From Eledone cirrhosa (Eukaryota), in NCBI GenBank assembly GCA_964016885.1, contig OZ024746.1, positions 35,464,001 through 35,528,000 on the forward strand: a DNA stretch of 64,000 nt, given 5' to 3'. Under the pieces are notes generated by a model. The model was not told where the DNA came from. It searched no databases and worked only from the letters and a program-made list of their open reading frames with translations. The position numbers and the translations under genes were made by a program. The stretch's first letter is position 1. Each line of letters begins with the position of its first letter. Positions 56,702 through 64,000 of the stretch are shown one piece after another.

Positions 56702-56792
56702 CATATTACAATCGTTTCTCTGGCGACCAGCTCGAGGTACGATCGATGAAATGATCAAACCTGTCTGTGAAATAGCAAGTTCCTCAGATATG
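56702..56792 (-). ncRNA. Hammerhead with long stem II insertion
   Basis: CATAT-CTGAGGA-(about 62 nt)-GAAA-CGATTG-TA-ATATG then AATAAA. Confidence 0.65.
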
Positions 56793-57120
56793 TCTCGATT
56801 CTACGAAGCAGAGTTCCCCCAGGCCACCCCCCAAAAAGCATCGAGTGCTCAAACGGTACACCGTTTACGGACGCTTTAAGGATCCCACACCAATTATATA
56901 TAAATATATATATATACACATAAAACTATCAAATAGCCACATATTCGTTGTATATTATACATTAAACTCATTTCATACACACATACACACACTCACCTCC
57001 AAACGCACACACACACACAAACATATATATATATAGAGATAGACAGAGAAAGAGAGATAGACAGAGAAAGAGAGAAAGAGAGAAAGAGAGAAAGAGAGAA
57101 AGAGAGAAAGAGAGAGGGGG

Positions 57121-57392
57121 AGAAGGCACGTGGCTTTGCTTTTAAGGTATTCGGCTCACAATCTTAAAGTCGTGAATACGATCCCCGGTGGTGCGTTGTT
57201 TCCTTGAGCAAGACACTTTATTTCACCTTCCTCCGGTTCACTCAGTTAGCAAAAATTACTTGTAAATGTAATTCCAAAGATAATCCTAGTCACATTCCGT
57301 GTGACGCTGAAACTCCCTGAAAACTGCGTTAAGAGTACGTGTGTCTCTGGAATGATCTGCTACGATAATTTGACGAGCAGACTGTTCCGTTC
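57121..57392 (+). mobile_element. SINE family 2, near full length
   Basis: GAAGGCACGTGGC...CCTTGAGCAAGACACTTTATTTCAC...GTCACATTCCGTGTGACGCTGAA. Confidence 0.85.
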
Positions 57393-57432
57393 ATATACAT
57401 ACATACACACATACATACATATATATATATAC

Positions 57433-57531
<99 letters not shown>

Positions 57532-57572
57532 AAAGAACACAAGAGCGTCTACAACATCAAAAGGTTTTTATT

Positions 57573-57619
57573 GGCTTACAATGTTTCTTCCTTACGTAAC
57601 CGTAGGATTCGTCAGAGCT
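57573..57619 (-). ncRNA. Type I hammerhead ribozyme
   Basis: AGCT-CTGACGA-A-TCCTACG/GTTA/CGTAAGGA-A-GAAA-CATTG-TA-AGCC then AATAAA. Confidence 0.8.
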
Positions 57620-57835
57620 ATAAAAGGGGTTTGATTGGTGTTACGGACTCTACCAACCAAACATTCAAGAACAAAGAGTAAAGAGAGTAAAGAGCAAAAG
57701 CAGGGGACGATAAGTCTAATTTTGGTGCGGGAGGGTGGGGTGTGTTTACTATATATATATAGTAAACACACTATATATATATGGCAAACACACCCCACTA
57801 TATATATACATATATATATATATATACACATACAT

Positions 57836-58307
57836 GTAAAGTTATATTTAAAATTGTTGGGTTACAACTAGTAAATATTTATAACTGATATAAAAGCACT
57901 CGACAAATACTTGGAGTATATTTACAATATTAAATAAATGGAAAACTATATTTATAAAACCATATCTATTTCATTATATATATTTCGGGGATATCATATT
58001 AACAATATGCTATGCCTTCATCAGACAAAATACAATATAAACAGTTTTATAGATAAATATATTCGACATACCGTAATAAACATCAACTTCATTTGAAGAG
58101 GTTCACTCTAGCGAACTGCTAGAGTGAACCTCTTCAAATGAAGTTGATGTTTATTACGGTATGTCGAATATATTTATCTATAAAACTGTTTATATTGTAT
58201 TTTGTCTGATGAAGGCATAGCATATTGTTAATATGATATCCCCGAAATATATATAATGAAATAGATATGGTTTTATAAATATAGTTTTCCATTTATTTAA
58301 TATTGTA
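57836..58307 (-). mobile_element. Fold-back PLE remnant, family E, with 190-bp arms and two opposed HHRs (57972-58028 minus; 58202-58258 plus)
   Basis: Arms 57923-58112 and 58118-58307, 5-nt loop, tail 57836-57922. HHR reads TTGT-CTGATGA-...CATATT/GTT/AATATG...-GAAA-TATATA-TA-ATGA. Confidence 0.9.
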
Positions 58308-58326
58308 TATACACATATATATATAT

Positions 58327-58458
58327 ACACGGAATGTGACTAGGATGATCTTTGGAATTACAGGTTCAAATAATTTTTGGTAGCTGAGTGAACCGGAGGA
58401 AGGTGAAATAAAGTGTCTTGCTCAAGGACACAACGCACCACCGGCGATCAAATATTCA
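58327..58458 (-). mobile_element. SINE family 2 fragment
   Basis: Reverse complement of about 57175-57303. Confidence 0.8.
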
Positions 58459-58470
58459 TATATATATATA

Positions 58471-58830
58471 TATAAATTACACAATAATCAAAGTTATGTT
58501 CAAATCATTTTATTGCTGACAATCGTTTATTCCAAACTTTCGTTTGGTATCATCGGAGCATAGCAATGTTTGTACATGTAGTGCTAGTGCTCCGATATCT
58601 CCAAACCTCCAAACGAAAGTTTGGAAGAAACGATTGTCAGCAATAACATGATATGAACATAACTTTGATTATTATGTAATTTATAATTTATATTCATGCT
58701 CTGTAAAACATCTGATGTATTTACAGCTATTTTTTTTACTGGTAATAAGGTAGTAATACATTACTGACCTTTCCTGTTTATAGTTGTATACAGTGTAAAC
58801 ATAACTATAAATAGTATCATGATTATTATA
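58471..58830 (+). mobile_element. Fold-back PLE remnant with decayed opposed HHRs (58514-58560 minus; 58588-58642 plus)
   Basis: Arms 58471-58560 and 58588-58685. The two arms together give TGCT-CCGATGA-..CCAAAC/GAAA/GTTTGG..-GAAA-CGATTG-TC-AGCA. Tail begins at 58686. Confidence 0.75.
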
Positions 58831-60470
58831 TATATATATAAAGGAAACATACCTTATCAATTGAATTTTCCTTGGCTAGTGAATTTAAAGAACAGATTTT
58901 TCAAAATTGTTAGGATGAGTATGCAAATGAATATGTAAATGAGGTTGAGTTGTATGATTGAAACCGATTTCGAAAGCACCTGCGTATCGAAATATGGCTT
59001 TATCATTTTCTGTAAATTGTGTATCGAAGAAACTTTTGATATAATTAACTGTCAAAACTCTATTAATCTCAGGACAGAATTATTTTCTTCTTGCAGACAT
59101 CGCCAAAATTCTACATTCAGAACTATGTATAATTTATAATATTCCTATAAATCTTCAAAATGATCCTATCATCTTTAATAATTTAATTTTTTAATATTTT
59201 AATATATTATTATTTCTAAATGGTATTATCTCTAATATTCGTAGTACTTTCACCTTTCAGCAAATATTTCTCTTAATATATATATATTTATTTATATATA
59301 TATATATGTGTATAGATATTTATATATATTTATGTATATCGATATAATTTTAAGTTCAATTCTTTTATTCTTTAATTATTACATTATATTTTTCCAATGA
59401 CACCCATTAAAGCTATTTTTAAACGTAGGTTAATAACAATTAACTGACATTAGAAAAATGTATCCTATTCACACTTCTTTCGACTAAATAATTAATTAAT
59501 CTCACACTAACTCTTAAAACATTTATCGATTAACAAACAAATTTGGAGTCATCTTTCCTTTCTCAATCATATAAACTTATTACATTACGTAACTCCGTTA
59601 AATTAAAACATTCTCAAAGCCGAACATGATATTCAAATATATAAATTCATAATTTTAACTACCTATTTATTTACATAAAATACAAAATCAACTTCCCTCG
59701 TAACTCATATTATAAACAACCACTTAAAACTTGAACTACCTATTTATTTATTTATTTATTTATCTACATAAAACACAAAATCAGATTCCCTCGTAACTCA
59801 TATTTTAAACAACTAATAATTGCAAATTATCTCTTTAATAATAATACATATACTATCATTATAATATATATAGATATTTATATATTTCACCCACTACAAC
59901 ATTGGAATAAGATAAATACTTACAAACAAAATTCTCCATATAAATATATCATAATCTATAAAGCTCAGTGTGTGGTCATGCTCCTTTCTTATAGAAATCT
60001 ACGATATAGAATTTCTTCAATTGAAATTTACAATTCAGTATTCGAAATAGTTTCGATTGCGTCTTAGCACATCTCATTTTTTCAATTTCACCCACAATTA
60101 CGCCAAAAATAGATAAAACTCAATATTTTACAATTTTTCTCTGTCATTTAAACTGCTAAACTCTTTCCACTACCATTCAAAATCTATACAACTTCATACT
60201 TTCTGCTACTTTCTCTTTCCAAGCTTGATGGTGATACTGTCCGTATTAATCTGTCATATCATCTGCTTACAACCCACATATTTTGCTACTTTCTCTTTTA
60301 TACTTCAAATTATTACATTTCATACGAAACGACAATTATTCAAAACCAACAGATACATTTATTCAACAAGCGATAAATCTTTTTTAAAACCTCTTTTCCA
60401 AACGCATACAAACAAACACTCACTTCAACAACAACAACAATCTGCATTTTATAGATAATGATAAACAATA

Positions 60471-60927
60471 ATATCCTCTATGAGGTCACTAAACCTGCTA
60501 GAAACAGCAGCTAACTCTCCCCCATACCACACCCCTCCCCACTGTCTTAAATTTAGAAAACATATCTTCTATGAGGTCACTAAACCTGCTAGAAACAGCA
60601 GCTAACTCTCCCCCATATCACACCACTCCCTACTGTCTTAAATTTAGAAAACATATCTTCTATGAGGTCACTAAACCTGCTAGAAACAGCAGCTAACTCT
60701 CCCCCATATCACACCACTCCCTACTGTCTTAAATTTAGAAAACATATCTTCTATGAGGTCACTAAACCTGCTAGAAACAGCAGCTAACTCTCCTCCATAT
60801 CACACCACTCCCTACTGTCTTAAATTTAGAAAACACATATCCTCTACGAGGTCACTAAACCTGCTAGAAACAACAGCTAACTCTCCCTCATATCACAACC
60901 CTCCCTACTGTCTTAAATTTAGAAAAC
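60471..60927. repeat. Minisatellite, 5 units of 91 bp
   Basis: Units start at 60471, 60562, 60653, 60744 and 60837 and are nearly identical. Confidence 0.97.
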
Positions 60928-61185
60928 ACACAGACAACCATGCAGAACAACTCCATCGCAGCTCTGTTGTTCGGCTGGCATCGTCTACTCGCGTGTTGCG
61001 CAAGTACTGTGAAACAATAAATTTCAACACTTTTTTGCACAGAGATAATATCCATAGGCGAAACTACAATTGTCACTGCTGGCGCAGCTCCTGCTTCAAG
61101 GTCTGCAATTCATTCACCTAGTGCCTGGCAGACAAAAAAGTGCTGCCATAAAATGGGTGGTGCAACCTAACTTTGGTAACATAAT

Positions 61186-61217
61186 GACCCCGAGCAACGC
61201 CGGACTTTAATGCTAGT
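61186..61217 (+). mobile_element. Helitron-like 3' terminus
   Basis: CCCGAGCAACGCCGG GC-rich hairpin followed after about 10 nt by CTAG|T. Confidence 0.6.
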
Positions 61218-61521
61218 ACATAATATAGGTAAATATTCAAATTGTTTTTTCCCCCAAATTAACGTATATAAGTGGTGTTCTTTTTCTTTTTACTTTTTCT
61301 TTTTCTTTCTTTCTCTGCCTACTAATATATCTAAACTTACCAGAGCGTTTAAAATAACGGTTTTTGAATCATATAAATCAACCTCATTTACATTTTTATT
61401 TGCATACTCATACTCACAATTTTGAAAAATACGTTCTTTAAATTCACTATCCAAGGAAAATTCAACTGATAAGGTATATTTTCTTGGCTATGTAAACATT
61501 TATAAAACATACTTTGTATTT

Positions 61522-61620
61522 TATCTGTTGAAAGCGTACCAAAGATTTTGGTAACATTGAAACATATATAATAGAATAAATATGGTTTATAAATATAGTT
61601 TCCATTTATTTAATATCATT
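61522..61620 (+). mobile_element. Family E-related remnant with decayed HHR
   Basis: TAT-CTGTTGA..TACCAAA/GAT/TTTGGTA..GAAA-CATATA-TA-ATA; downstream sequence matches 58261-58305. Confidence 0.6.
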
Positions 61621-61887
61621 GTATATATATATTTATTGTATATATATATATATTTATATATATATATATTTATTGATATATATACGAGTCTGTGGGTTTG
61701 GGTGTGTGTGTATCACGTGCCGGTATATTAGAGGAATGAGGGTTTGAGAAATTCAATCACAATATGTGGTACCTTGAGACAACATCAATGGACGCCCATC
61801 GGATCGATTGAATCTTTAATTCAAATGTCCAGCCTTTCATATTTGGCCCCACGAATTCAGGGGACATATGTCTGCCGAACACTCAGC

Positions 61888-61960
61888 CGATGAATTCTAA
61901 TCACAGAGTCCCCATGTCATGTATATATATATATTTATATATATATATATATACATACAG

Positions 61961-62019
<59 letters not shown>

Positions 62020-62097
62020 ATATGTATATACTGTATGTATATATATATAAATATATATATATACATGACATGGGGACTCTGTGATTAGAATTCATCG
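61888..62097. repeat. Inverted repeat centred on a (TA)n tract
   Basis: CGATGAATTCTAATCACAGAGTCCCCATGTCATG...CATGACATGGGGACTCTGTGATTAGAATTCATCG; the TA-tract interruptions are also mirrored. Confidence 0.92.
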
Positions 62098-62509
62098 TTC
62101 TGCATCCCCTGCATTATAATTCATCGTTCTGCATCCCCCTGCATAGAACCACAAAGGTACTAAGACATAACATATATATTTGCTAGCATGGGTGTACATC
62201 GCTACACATATGTTGGTAGATGTACTAATCTCTATATTTATCTCCAAATTATTTGTTGAGCAAAACTTGCCAGAATTTACTGCTGATTCATGATAGTAGT
62301 AGGCTCTTGTCATAATACCACCCCGCTCCTAACTGATTAACCTCAGTGTCACGTGATTGATTCTTTAGAATCTGATACTGACCAGAGGCTGTGAATTTTT
62401 TCAGTGCTCTAGAATTTAGTCCTCGCTAGCTTCATTCCATCCACTGAATTATTATTTTTATATGGGTTCCTAGTGTCCGCGCATCGCCTGGGAACTTAGC
62501 TGAGAATAG

Positions 62510-62591
62510 ACTCCCTGATGACGTAAGGAATTCTCTATAGTTATATTACGTAAATATATTTATCCCCTTACAGAAACTAATTAGTTGGAGT
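62510..62591 (+). ncRNA. Hammerhead with enlarged loop II
   Basis: ACTCC-CTGATGA-C-GTAAGG-(about 37 nt)-CCTTAC-A-GAAA-CTAATTAG-TT-GGAGT. Confidence 0.8.
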
Positions 62592-62650
62592 GAAAACTTT
62601 AGTAAGTAAGTTGATTTTTAATTTTAAAATGTTCTTATTTTACGTCTTTA

Positions 62651-62681
<31 letters not shown>

Positions 62682-63395
62682 TATATATATACATACATAC
62701 ATACATATATATATATATATTTATATATATATATGCAGTATATATATATATAATATATATGCAGTATATATATATATATATGACCGGGGATGTACGTTGA
62801 ATCATATTCAAAATTCTCATAATAAACATGCATGAAGATATGTATGAATATAAATATTTGAATGAGACAACTATTCAATTTTCAACCACAAATTGTATGG
62901 AAATATGAAAAATGTATTTTATGGCTCGTATCTAAAATCAAATCTTTATACATGATTATATATGATATCTCGTGGCATCAATTGATCACATGAAGATGCA
63001 TCTATACCTTGCAGATAGTATAACATTTGCCTTGATAATTCATTTACAATGCAACGGAATGCATTTTTGAACACGTTTTACTGTAATTGCGTATATTTTT
63101 ATATCTGTGTATATGTATTTATACAAACTTCTATAAATATATATATATGCAAGCACACTATGCATAAAAGTATCGCATGTCTATAAAAGTTTGAGATATC
63201 CCCATCTATTTCCCTATACATACTCCCCATGTTCATCAATACACAAACACACACTCATATATATATATATTATATATATATATATATATATATGATAAGA
63301 TATTTGTGTGTGTGCATATGTACGTTATGAGCATTGAATTCTTAATCTTGTAATCGTATTAGCAATTGCTCTCTTCCCCATCTCTCTCTTCTCTA

Positions 63396-63497
<102 letters not shown>

Positions 63498-63501
63498 TTA
63501 T

Positions 63502-63583
<82 letters not shown>

Positions 63584-64000
63584 TTCTACCTTTCATCATA
63601 CTATTTCCATTTTTCTGTCTTAATATCTTATATTATTCAATCTCTTCCGTAATATTTCTATTCACGTTTTATTTTTCATTTTTGCTTTCGTGTTCGAACT
63701 TCCTATATACTTAACCCTTGTTTTTCATCTCTGCAAATCAATGCAATATATCTCCCGGTAATATTCAATTTTTTCTCATAATCAAACCGCTTCCACTCCA
63801 CCCCGTTAAAACGAAAGAAAAAATTTCGCTTTATGCACGAAAGTATATGGAAAGCAATCAACGTACCCCACATCTTAACGTTAGTTTTGCTGGAAATAAA
63901 TCTATATCCAATACATACGATTGATATATCATCCTATCTTCACCTATTTCTTTTGTTTCATTTGAGTGTTTTACGCACATGTATTTTTAAATCACATTCA

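Noticed and set aside
60471-60927. CRISPR-like array
   Set aside because: Whole units repeat with no unique spacers, in a eukaryotic context.

Overview
AT-rich, repeat-saturated eukaryotic DNA, most likely an octopod cephalopod (inferred from the tRNA-derived SINE families and extreme (TA)n content). Nearly all supplied ORFs are microsatellite artefacts. The only host-gene signal is a possible first exon at 1-290, so the rest may be one large intron. Recognisable coding remnants come from retroelements: an intact GIY-YIG endonuclease domain of a Penelope-like element (PLE, 42669-43007) plus RTE-, R4/Dong- and L1/Tx1-like fragments. The main hidden structure is a multi-family PLE/hammerhead-ribozyme system. 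About 20 minimal type I hammerhead (HHR) motifs, intact or decayed, were read by eye on both strands. Most sit in short elements inserted in (TA)n tracts, and many of these form 130-630 bp fold-backs whose inverted arm lacks a family-specific 3' tail. Notable variants are a U3-A8 covariant core, HHRs with about 50-65 nt stem II insertions, a retrozyme-like 438-nt tandem unit with octamer repeats, and a fold-back tRNA-like element. All alignments and folds were done manually; boundaries are approximate.
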